Shown here: positions 19,791 to 28,954 of the stretch, piece by piece
How the letters are laid out: each line of letters starts with the position of its first letter
How positions within the stretch are numbered: the first letter of the stretch is position 1
Assembly (NCBI GenBank): GCA_965200875.1
Contig: OZ241456.1
Span: 544,001-608,000, forward strand
Reading direction: 5' to 3'
From: Bdellovibrionales bacterium
GTDB lineage: Bacteria; Bdellovibrionota; Bdellovibrionia; Bdellovibrionales; UBA1609
Length of the DNA stretch: 64,000 nucleotides
The notes under the pieces: model-generated
Seen by the model: only the letters and a program-made list of their open reading frames with translations
Database searches by the model: none
Told to the model about the DNA's origin: nothing
Program-made: the position numbers and the translations under genes

Positions 19791-20749
19791 TGAGAACAGG
19801 AAACAATGTGTATGTAAATGGTTGTACAAATTCAGGTGCTGGTAAAAGAGCGGGTGGTCTTGGAGATACCCACTTAATTGGTTGGGCTTTTTCTCGTTTG
19901 ATTGTTACAAATCTTTTGAAAATTGTTGGTTTGTCTTTGTCGTTGGTGCTTTTTTCCTTAAATGTTTTCGCTGAGATGAATTTTTTTACCTGTCATGACA
20001 TGACTCAGCAGAGCTATGACGAGTATAAACTTGTTTATGAAGATGATCCGGGCAATGTGAGAAAAACTTACAGCATGAGTGTGAAGGCAATTTGTGTAGG
20101 GAAAATGGCTGAGGGTATGACTTTGTTGGAGCGATCTTCTGCCGGAGGGCATGTGGTAGGTTCTTTCTATATGGCTGTTTATTATAAAACAGATAAGACT
20201 TTTGATACTAACAGAGGAACAACCAGAGATCCGGAAAATTTTAATGCTTCTTTATTTTACTACAAAAGGGCAGTGGCTCAGATTGAATCCAACCCCAGCT
20301 ATCCTGAAGGCACTTACAAAAATATACCTTACATGGAAGAACATAACCAAATCAGTGTACGGGCTTTTACAATGGTACCCATGATGTATTATAGAGGGTA
20401 TAGTAACGCTATTAAGGATATACTGGGTAATGTAGATAGAGTGGTGTATATAGATACTTTGGAAGCTTTAGAAAATATGAAACAATCCAGTGAGCAGTGC
20501 CTTGCCCGGCCTTCTCTTCCTGTATGGAAAGAGAAACAAAAGCATGCTTATCAAGTGATGCAGGTGCGTTGTCAGGCCATGCGGGATTTTTCGATACAAG
20601 TTTATCCCTTAGAGCAGGAGCGAATAGGAATAGCTGAAGAGTGTGTTGATTCTTTAAAGGATTGCTCTGAGCACAATACAGTTGTTTATGATAAAATTGT
20701 TCCTTTAATAAAGAAGATGGTAAACGAATACAAATCTATTTCTCTCTGA
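19790..20749 (+). CDS. Secreted helical Cys-containing protein with a Sel1-like segment
   Basis: Strong AGGAGG RBS; signal-like LSLVLFSLNVFA; GMTLLERSSAGGHVVGSFYMAVYY resembles a Sel1 repeat. Confidence 0.6.
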   Translation: MRTGNNVYVNGCTNSGAGKRAGGLGDTHLIGWAFSRLIVTNLLKIVGLSLSLVLFSLNVFAEMNFFTCHDMTQQSYDEYKLVYEDDPGNVRKTYSMSVKAICVGKMAEGMTLLERSSAGGHVVGSFYMAVYYKTDKTFDTNRGTTRDPENFNASLFYYKRAVAQIESNPSYPEGTYKNIPYMEEHNQISVRAFTMVPMMYYRGYSNAIKDILGNVDRVVYIDTLEALENMKQSSEQCLARPSLPVWKEKQKHAYQVMQVRCQAMRDFSIQVYPLEQERIGIAEECVDSLKDCSEHNTVVYDKIVPLIKKMVNEYKSISL

Positions 20750-21065
20750 AACTTTTAAAGAACCTGATAATGCCATTTTGAAGCTGTTTGCAAAAAACCG
20801 GCATGAGATTTGGTTTTGAGTGTGTAGTGGTTGAAAAGGTACTTGTACGACAAAACACAGCAGACGGAGCTGAAAGACGTTTGCGTGGAAAAAACGCATG
20901 TCTAATGGCCCAATTGGTGAAGTATTGATAAAAAATCGTGGATTCAGCAAAGTTCATTTACCTGCAATTAAAGCCTTGGTGCTTTGTCTGATGTTTTTTT
21001 GAAAAAAAAATTAAGAAAAAAGTGTTTTAACCGATAATATTGCTAAGCATGCTTTTTATGGGAGG

Positions 21066-22964
21066 TTGGCTATGCGTATTATCTTTTTTATGCTTTATTT
21101 TCTAAGTGTTTCATATACAGCAAGTGGTAATGATCATCCTCAGATTGGTGATGATTTACTTGACGGTGACGGTGACTCAAGAATAAAAGAAGGTATTTGT
21201 ATAACAAAAGAAGACCATTTAAAATTGAAATATAATAACAGGTCTGTACCTTCTGAGTGTAGTTGTGAGCGACACAATGACGAACAAGAGAAGGTTGAGC
21301 AATGTTTCAACACATATATTTGCAAGGAACAGTGTAAAGATTATATCAGAGAGAATGCAAATTATTGTGACAACATTCCCAACAACAGGAACAATGAGAA
21401 TGCTCTGTGCCAAGAAAGATGTGATGGAAGTAGTCCTAATTTCTCAGTACAATCTTTTTCCCAATCCAGTGATGTAACTGACTGTGTTCGAGAAAATAGA
21501 AGAAAGCTACAAGACCAGTTAGTTGAAAGCTGTCGGAGTAGAATAAACAACATTGAAAACTCTCCCCCTCATACTGGGGCAACATTGGTGTGTCCGGGTG
21601 GAGCCGGCTGTGAAAGGTATTGCCAAAGCATGGCTCAGGAAAAAAGCAATAATATTCAAGGTTGCAAAAAAGTGACAACTAAAGATGTTTTCGATCAGTG
21701 TTTGGAATTGAATAATCGGTTAAGCCATGTTCTTCCACAAAATTCTAGTCAGCTACCTCAGGGTTTTGCATGGGAAAACTGTGATCTGGGAAAAACTTGT
21801 GATCAGGAAATCCAAGTGGTTTTTAATAACACCCATACTGCGTGTGAGAATCTGAAGACACAGGCGGTTTTGTGTTGTGAGAAACCTTTGGAATGTGGTG
21901 ATGAACAAATGGCAACACTTTTTAACTCCGTGGATAAATTCAATGTACAAGGAGGAATGTCTGAAATTTGCCGGAAGGCTGGGGAGAAGTTTAGTGATGT
22001 GGGAGAAGCTGGTCGCAAGATGGCAGAACAATGCAACGCACGCTCTTCTTCTTGTTTGGAGATTTGCCGGCAGAAGATAGAAAATATCAATGTTCTTTTA
22101 CGGAATATCTGCACATTCGATTTACTGAAAGAAAGTTTTTACAATCCTGAAAGACACACTTGCAGTGGTCGGTTGATTGATAAGTATGTTCGTCTTTACA
22201 AACAACATTTGGAACCCGTGGCATTTCAATGTAAAGAAACAAGTAAAAAATCCACAGAAATAGCCAGTATGGCGTCAGAGATTTTAAAGTCTGCTTTGTC
22301 TTCCGCAAATTGTGATTTGGAGGCCAGAGCAGGTATGTCTTCGTCAGGTTCAAATACTGTTTCAGAAAAACAGCATCGTGTTCCTGAAGCGGAAAATCTG
22401 AGGGCAGGGTCTGCTGTTTCAGACAGTTCTTCTCTGAAATGGGGGGGGGCGTCAAAAACCAGCTCGGAAAGCAGTGGTGGTGGAGGTAAAGTTTCAAAGG
22501 ATACATCTTCTGCGCTTAATAATAAAGTGGGAACATTTTCAAACTCTGGAGGAGGAGGGGGTGGATGGTCTGGCTATGATTCCAATGGAGACACTTCAAA
22601 CAGTGGTTTGGCAGGTAGAGGTGTTTCCAATTATAATCAGAATAAGGGAGATATTTGGTCAAAAATGCAGGGATCATTAGGAAAAGATGTTGAACAAGAG
22701 AAAGAAGGTGAAATCCAAGTTGTTGATAAAACCAAAAGCGAGAAGGAAGGTGAAGATGCTCAGGTTTTAGAGGAGGAATTGGCGGGAGCTTTTGGGGCTG
22801 AAAATGGTCAAGGTCTTTCATGGGATAAAATAAAGCCTGATAATGTACATAAGCGTGTCAGTTCTTTTGGTTCTCTGCATGATGATATTTTTAAACGAAT
22901 TTCCGATCGTATTTTTGTTATGTGCAGTACAGATAAACTCATTGATTGCAAAGGTTTTAGGTGA
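21066..22964 (+). CDS. Large secreted Cys-rich protein with Gly/Ser-rich linker and DIFKRISDR C-terminal motif
   Basis: Signal peptide, many Cys residues, GGAGG RBS. Confidence 0.75.
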   Translation: MAMRIIFFMLYFLSVSYTASGNDHPQIGDDLLDGDGDSRIKEGICITKEDHLKLKYNNRSVPSECSCERHNDEQEKVEQCFNTYICKEQCKDYIRENANYCDNIPNNRNNENALCQERCDGSSPNFSVQSFSQSSDVTDCVRENRRKLQDQLVESCRSRINNIENSPPHTGATLVCPGGAGCERYCQSMAQEKSNNIQGCKKVTTKDVFDQCLELNNRLSHVLPQNSSQLPQGFAWENCDLGKTCDQEIQVVFNNTHTACENLKTQAVLCCEKPLECGDEQMATLFNSVDKFNVQGGMSEICRKAGEKFSDVGEAGRKMAEQCNARSSSCLEICRQKIENINVLLRNICTFDLLKESFYNPERHTCSGRLIDKYVRLYKQHLEPVAFQCKETSKKSTEIASMASEILKSALSSANCDLEARAGMSSSGSNTVSEKQHRVPEAENLRAGSAVSDSSSLKWGGASKTSSESSGGGGKVSKDTSSALNNKVGTFSNSGGGGGGWSGYDSNGDTSNSGLAGRGVSNYNQNKGDIWSKMQGSLGKDVEQEKEGEIQVVDKTKSEKEGEDAQVLEEELAGAFGAENGQGLSWDKIKPDNVHKRVSSFGSLHDDIFKRISDRIFVMCSTDKLIDCKGFR

Positions 22965-23087
22965 AGTAATCATTTGCATAGAAGATAATAACATAATAAA
23001 GAATACAAAAAAAAGTCAGACAAAACTGAAGCCGGCAAAGACAGAAAACATTTTCTCAAGTTGTATAATCTGATTGATTAAGAAAAG

Positions 23088-24524
23088 GTGATAGCTCAAA
23101 TGGATCTTAAAATAAAAATTGATAACATTGGCAAGTTAAAAAACGCCAATATTTCTGTGCGTCCTTTAACAGTGCTGGCAGGGCCTAATAATACTGGAAA
23201 AAGTTTTTTCTCCAAAATTCTTTATTCTGTTTTTTCCTCTGTAAATACAGACCCTGTAATGGCAGAAATCCAATACCATTTAGAGGAACTAAGTAGCACT
23301 TTACATAGAATGGTTTTTATCGCGAATGGAGATACCGATGATCAAAAGAAAAATCAACAATCAACACCAATACAGTCAATAAACTCAATAGAAGAGCAGA
23401 AGATGAAACTGCATAAAGTTTTCAGTAAAAGACATTTGCTTGCTTCATTAGAAAGTTATCCTGAAATCCAGCAAATTTTAAGCGAGTTACTTAAGTTATA
23501 TAATAATTTATATAACGAATTATATTCACCTCCTGCAAACGCATCACCGGAAAGCCGAATATATGAGTCTTACAATGACACATTTAATACTATAAAAAAA
23601 CACATTACTGTCCTAGAGGAAATTAAAAACTCTCAACCTGAAAAAGCACTCTCAAATGGCTTTGGGAGGGTTCTCAGTAAGAACTTGACTGGGAATTTTC
23701 AAACCCCGTTTTTAAGATTAATAAGAGACTCGGAAAAACCAGCCACTATTAATGGAACAGGCCGGATAAACATTAAAGATCATAAAATTAATACTGATAT
23801 TTCTTTTATGGAATTGGCAAAATTACAAAATAACCAGAATGTCATATATCTGGAGTCTCCTGTTCATTGGAAACTGCGCAATGCCTTGTTAAGTGCTTCT
23901 CGGCATCCGGGCCTTTTTTCTTCCGAAAGGAAAAGTCTCCTAGTTCCGAAATATTTTAAGGATCTGAATTTGATGCTCATGGAAGAATTATCAGGTGAGA
24001 TGGCTTTTCCTGATATTTTTAATGACTTGACTAAAAAACTTATAAAAGGCCGGCTTGCTGTTGATGAATCAGGGACTTTACAGTTTAAAGAATTGAACGG
24101 AAAATCACACAAACTTCCTGTAACGGCAACTGGTATTGTGCAACTTGGCCTCCTAGCTTTATTGATAGAAAAAAAGGTCTTGGACAAAGGCACTATTCTT
24201 TTTGTTGATGAGCCTGAAACCAATTTACATCCATCTTGGCAGGTGAAAATGATGAGTATTCTTTTTAAGCTGATGAAAGCTGGTGCGCGTGTGATTATGG
24301 CTACCCACAGTGCAGATATGCTCAAGTGGTTGGAGGTGCATTTAAAAAAACACCCTGAAGACACAAAGTTAATTTCTTTGAATCAAATGATCCTTCAGGA
24401 AGATGGCACAGCTTATGTAGAATCTTCTGATGAGGATATTCCTGAACAAATTAAAACCATTAAAAAAAATCTTACAAAACCCTTTTTAGATTTATTTTTG
24501 GAGAACTGGGATAACAATACATAA
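23088..24524 (+). CDS. AAA_15/AAA_21-type (AbiEii/OLD-like) ABC ATPase
   Basis: IDNIGKL, LAGPNNTGKS Walker A, ATG signature, FVDEPETNLHP, MATHS. Confidence 0.9.
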   Translation: MIAQMDLKIKIDNIGKLKNANISVRPLTVLAGPNNTGKSFFSKILYSVFSSVNTDPVMAEIQYHLEELSSTLHRMVFIANGDTDDQKKNQQSTPIQSINSIEEQKMKLHKVFSKRHLLASLESYPEIQQILSELLKLYNNLYNELYSPPANASPESRIYESYNDTFNTIKKHITVLEEIKNSQPEKALSNGFGRVLSKNLTGNFQTPFLRLIRDSEKPATINGTGRINIKDHKINTDISFMELAKLQNNQNVIYLESPVHWKLRNALLSASRHPGLFSSERKSLLVPKYFKDLNLMLMEELSGEMAFPDIFNDLTKKLIKGRLAVDESGTLQFKELNGKSHKLPVTATGIVQLGLLALLIEKKVLDKGTILFVDEPETNLHPSWQVKMMSILFKLMKAGARVIMATHSADMLKWLEVHLKKHPEDTKLISLNQMILQEDGTAYVESSDEDIPEQIKTIKKNLTKPFLDLFLENWDNNT

Positions 24525-25222
24525 TGTCTGATTTAAAAACTATTGATTTATCAAAATTTGAGGAAAAAATCCATTTGGAGGGTTGCGAAGAACCTTTGAA
24601 TATCTATGCTTATCGTATGGATGGAAACCAGAAAAAGAATATACCTGAAATGGCAAAAGATGCTGATCTGGGTACTCCAACCTGTTGTGATTATTTGTAT
24701 GTTTCTAATAATAATCAGTTAGCTATTCTGATAGAGGATACCCAGTTGGTTACACACTGGAAAAACGAACAAGAGAGGTGGTTAGATTTGAATAAAGAAA
24801 AGACCGAAATCAATAGTGAAAATACAGAAAAGAAGCAGTTAGGTTCGAATAATAAAAGCAGTAATAAAACTACAGAAGAAGAACAGAAAAAAGAACGAGA
24901 AAAGGTGTGGGAGCGTATGAAACCCCAGCTTGTTAAAGAAAACTGCCTGAAAGTGTATGGAGCTTTTTTGATCTTATGTCGCTTGGCGCGCAAGTATAAA
25001 AAAATCTCTAATATATTGGATAATAAACAGTATTGGTTTTATTTTGTGATTAATGATGGAGATAATATCAAGGACAAAGGTGATATTAAGGCTTTGGAAG
25101 ATATTATGGATTTTTTCTCGAAAAAATTTGAAAAGTGTCTATTAGGTACGCTCGGTGGTGCGAAATTAGTAAAAAAAGTGAAAGTGCTTTTTCCGTCTCA
25201 TTTGAGAGAACGACTTGACTAA
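24524..25222 (+). CDS. Hypothetical protein translationally coupled to the ATPase; possible degenerate PD-(D/E)XK fold
   Basis: TAATG overlap; CCDYLY...ILIEDT. Confidence 0.65.
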   Translation: MSDLKTIDLSKFEEKIHLEGCEEPLNIYAYRMDGNQKKNIPEMAKDADLGTPTCCDYLYVSNNNQLAILIEDTQLVTHWKNEQERWLDLNKEKTEINSENTEKKQLGSNNKSSNKTTEEEQKKEREKVWERMKPQLVKENCLKVYGAFLILCRLARKYKKISNILDNKQYWFYFVINDGDNIKDKGDIKALEDIMDFFSKKFEKCLLGTLGGAKLVKKVKVLFPSHLRERLD

Positions 25223-25279
25223 TTTTACAAAACTGAAATATTTTCCAGTGCAATAATAATATATGATAAAATAAGTCTT

Positions 25280-25918
25280 ATGAAACTAATTTATCTGCTT
25301 TGTTTCATTACCCTTACTATGTCCATTGCAAAGGCAAATGAGTGTAACACTTGGTTTGAAACTGCCAACCTCAAACCGGGAGGTGAGTGTTTGTTCAAAT
25401 GCGCAGATGAAAGCACCAATGCAAAAAACTTTCATTGTCCTGATCTGTGAGGCAAATTTTGCAAAAGTTCTCTTAAGGAACAATTTATTTTTAATATTTC
25501 CTCTTTGTATCCCGGATTGACCAAAGCGGAACGTGCCCTTGCAAGCAAGTATCCAAAAAAAATGTTGACAGGTTACAGATTGACATGGAAAGCAGAAAAA
25601 TTATGCCTCTCCCTGTTTAAAGCCAGCGGAACGAATGATGCAAGTGACGCCTGTAGGCACTTTGTGTGGGCCGGGCTTTTGTACAAAAATCTGGGACCTT
25701 TGTTTAGCGCAAAGGTGGTATATGCTCACGAGAAAGACCCAAATCAAACCAAAAAGGAAAAAGCAATGGATGAAGCCAACAATCACTTGGGTTTTCAAGT
25801 GGCGGAAAAGTTACTCACTCAAAACAATTTCAGTGAAAGTGCCTTGATAAAATCTTTTCAGGATAAACTTAAGAGCGGGCAAGTGGTTGTGTTAAAACAA
25901 AAAAGACGTTCCCTCTGA
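25280..25918 (+). pseudogene. Secreted DUF6973-like protein interrupted by one in-frame TGA (25448-25450)
   Basis: ATG 25280 signal peptide MKLIYLLCF is in frame with ORF 25505; DACRHFVW...AHE...MDEANN.LG motif. Confidence 0.7.
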
Positions 25919-25996
25919 ACTACCAAACGATTTAAATGCTTGCTATTTTCAGAAAAATCAACATATTTTTAATGAATATGACAAAGGGAGGAAAAA

Positions 25997-26431
25997 GTGA
26001 AAAAAGTAACACTGATTATCTTTGCAGGATTATTATTAACTGTGCCGGTTATGTATATAAAAGCTAAACACTTTTGGCGAGGAGAAACTATGAATCTTCA
26101 AAAAGTGTGTAAAATATGGGGAACTGCACCTTTGGATCTGGAGAAATTTAAACAAGCCACAGAAAAAGAAACAGAGGAAGAAGAATCAGCTGTACGAGCA
26201 AAGATGGCCTGCTCTCTTCTGCAAACTCAAAAAGATTATATCGATAAAGACACAACAGAAATACGAGAACTTTTTGGAGATTACACCGGACATTACTTTA
26301 TTGATATGTCCCCGGCTTACATAATTGGAGGCATTAATAAAACAGATAAAAATACTTGGCAGATTGTGTTCCTCATCAACCGTCGACAAACAATATCCCA
26401 GATCATTGTCCACAAAAACTGCTGTGATTAA
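25997..26431 (+). CDS. Membrane-anchored or exported hypothetical protein; possible immunity partner
   Basis: GGAGG RBS, N-terminal hydrophobic helix. Confidence 0.65.
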   Translation: MKKVTLIIFAGLLLTVPVMYIKAKHFWRGETMNLQKVCKIWGTAPLDLEKFKQATEKETEEEESAVRAKMACSLLQTQKDYIDKDTTEIRELFGDYTGHYFIDMSPAYIIGGINKTDKNTWQIVFLINRRQTISQIIVHKNCCD

Positions 26432-26512
26432 AACAAAGTCAGAGGGTTGATGTTCTTAGGTGTTTTATTAAGTGTTCTAATACAATTCAGTTAATCGCCC
26501 GTTGCTTTAAAG

Positions 26513-28954
26513 TTAAAAAGATCCAAAGGAAAGATGAGGCACAATAACAGATTCTCCCGGTTTAGGAGCAATTTTAAAAGCAACATATCCCGCAATCGGC
26601 CCTAAAGGGGTTTTATATCTCACACCAATGCCAGCAGATTGTCGGTAAGGCTTTGAAAAGTTTTTTCCAGAAATAGTAACAATACCTCCATCATAAAATA
26701 AAGAACCAGTAAAGTTTTTGCTGAGAGAAAATCTGAGTTCTGTTTTAAACAAAAAATAAAAAGAAGCTCGACTGAAAATCAGATCATTGGCTTTATCAAT
26801 GGGAAACTCTTTTTTATCCGGCACTCTTTCCCCTTCAATCAACCCGTCAAAACCTCTTAACGAGCTGACTCCTCCCAGGATAAAAGCTTTACTGACAGGA
26901 AATCCACCTTTTTCCGTACTGTTTATATTGGTGATAAATCCTCCGTGGATGCTATTGGCAAAAACCCATTTGTTAAAAAATGGATAAAAATCAAAGTGCT
27001 TTACTTCTGTTTTTACAAAATTGATTTCCTCTGAGGAGTTAATGATATGGAAAGGTCCTGAGTATTCAATGGAGAGCTGTGATAAAAATCCGTCAGATGC
27101 AAATAATATATTATCACGCTTATCGATCTTCAAGGATATTCCTGTTGTGGCAATATTCAAACCACTGCTACTACATAAGCCAGAGGAGTCAGCAGGATCG
27201 CCAGAACGACAATGTTCTGTTCTTTTAAACTCAGAGCGTCCCTCCCAGCTTAATACTTTCCATGTAAAATCAAGGAAATTATGAAATCTTCTGTTTAATA
27301 AAAAACTGATTTCTGTGGAGTTAACAATATCTGTCTCATTTGTGGTTTTATTGTGTGTAAAGATCTCGGATTCATTAGAGACATTAATTTGACCATTAAA
27401 TCCAGTCCCTAATAAAAAAGGTTCTGTGTAACCTACGGAAATTTGATGTTCTAGATATTCTGGTTCGGAAAGATTAATCTGTATGTACTTTGCTATACTG
27501 GATTGTAGTTTTAACCGGGAGGAAAAACTCCTTCCCGTCCCTGTTATATTTCTGTGCGAAAATTCCACAAATCCTCTGGCTGTTAAAGTCCTCTCTGTAT
27601 TGACTCCCAAGGCAAACCGAAGAGAACGCGGTTTGTTTTCCTCCACTTGGATGATAAGCGTTCTTTCTTCCGGGGTTATGTTGTCGTTTCGGGTTAATAT
27701 ATTAATCGTAGAAAAAATACCGGAATTTCTTAACTGGTTAATAGAGAGTTCTATTTTGTTCGGTGTTACAATATCCCCTTTTTTTAAATAAAGATTTTTT
27801 AATATGAAATCCCTCTTTGTACGTTTGTTTCCTTTGACGATAATATCCCCCACCTTTATTTTAACCCCTTCTGTAAGATTAAAATGTAAAATAGCTGTGG
27901 ATTCTTTTCTGTTGAGCTGAAGAATTTTTTCTGTATCGTTTAATGTCATTTCAATAAATCCTTCATTTCTGTAAAAGTTTGTCAGAACCTGAATATCGTG
28001 CTCCAAATCATTAATATTCAAACCTGCGTGATTTTTTATCTTTAATAAACGCCGGAGTTTTTGATCGGAAAAATATTTATTACCTTCAAAATTTATAGCT
28101 TTTACTGTGGTGAGTGGGCCTTCATTCAACAAAACATCAATAAGAACTTTATCAGGAGAAGAATTGATGATTCTCGCGTGTGCAGTGGCTTTTAAATATC
28201 CTTCGTTTTTCAGAGCATTAATGAGATTTTTTAATCCTGCTTGAATATCAGCATTATAGAATATTTTTTTTTGAATCAAAGATCCACTGTAGTCACTTAA
28301 GAAATTAATATAATAGCTGTCTTTTCTTGAAAACTGCCCGAATATTTTTATCTGCTCTATTTTTGTTTGTGATCCCTCTTTAATGGAGAGCACAACAGTT
28401 TTCAGGAAATGTTTATTGTCTGTTTTAGTTTTTTGGTGGATCACTTGAGTATTCATATATCCTTTTTTTAAATAGGAAGTTTTAATATGGGATATTATTT
28501 TTCTAACAAGTTGATTGTTATTAAAATATTTTTGATATGTTTTTTTGGATAAAAGTTGGTAACTGTCAAAAATTGTATTTCCTTTCAAAATAAATCCATA
28601 CTTGTAGGGATTGTTAATAGTGTAGGAAATATCTGCTTTTTTGTTACCAAGAGAAAAAGAAGGACCTTCCAGATCCGGCAGGAGAATTTTTTTGGTTTTT
28701 AATGTATCCAGTATTTCATTGCGTATTTTACGGTCTAATTCATTGGAAAACACTTGATTTTTGTATTTGAAAATTTTTTTGACAATATCATTTTTTAATT
28801 TTTTATTATCAGTTTTAATATCAATATTCAATATAATCGTTCTTGGTTTTTCTGCGTTTTTTTCTGAAAGGCTACCCGTTTTTGAAACCACAGAAAAATG
28901 AAAGAAAAACCATGATGATACAGCCAGAAAAACCAGCATTTTTTTAGAAATCAA
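26513..28954 (-). CDS. tamA: Omp85 BamA/TamA-family outer membrane protein with POTRA domains
   Basis: POTRA motifs (GNKYFSD, GNKRTK), LGGVSSLRGF, GIGVRYKTPLGPI, terminal F; coupled to tamB. Confidence 0.85.
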   Translation of the reverse strand: MISKKMLVFLAVSSWFFFHFSVVSKTGSLSEKNAEKPRTIILNIDIKTDNKKLKNDIVKKIFKYKNQVFSNELDRKIRNEILDTLKTKKILLPDLEGPSFSLGNKKADISYTINNPYKYGFILKGNTIFDSYQLLSKKTYQKYFNNNQLVRKIISHIKTSYLKKGYMNTQVIHQKTKTDNKHFLKTVVLSIKEGSQTKIEQIKIFGQFSRKDSYYINFLSDYSGSLIQKKIFYNADIQAGLKNLINALKNEGYLKATAHARIINSSPDKVLIDVLLNEGPLTTVKAINFEGNKYFSDQKLRRLLKIKNHAGLNINDLEHDIQVLTNFYRNEGFIEMTLNDTEKILQLNRKESTAILHFNLTEGVKIKVGDIIVKGNKRTKRDFILKNLYLKKGDIVTPNKIELSINQLRNSGIFSTINILTRNDNITPEERTLIIQVEENKPRSLRFALGVNTERTLTARGFVEFSHRNITGTGRSFSSRLKLQSSIAKYIQINLSEPEYLEHQISVGYTEPFLLGTGFNGQINVSNESEIFTHNKTTNETDIVNSTEISFLLNRRFHNFLDFTWKVLSWEGRSEFKRTEHCRSGDPADSSGLCSSSGLNIATTGISLKIDKRDNILFASDGFLSQLSIEYSGPFHIINSSEEINFVKTEVKHFDFYPFFNKWVFANSIHGGFITNINSTEKGGFPVSKAFILGGVSSLRGFDGLIEGERVPDKKEFPIDKANDLIFSRASFYFLFKTELRFSLSKNFTGSLFYDGGIVTISGKNFSKPYRQSAGIGVRYKTPLGPIAGYVAFKIAPKPGESVIVPHLSFGSF

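Noticed and set aside
25448..25490. Selenocysteine codon with SECIS
   Set aside because: The downstream hairpin is weak and lacks the usual apical G; a nonsense mutation is simpler
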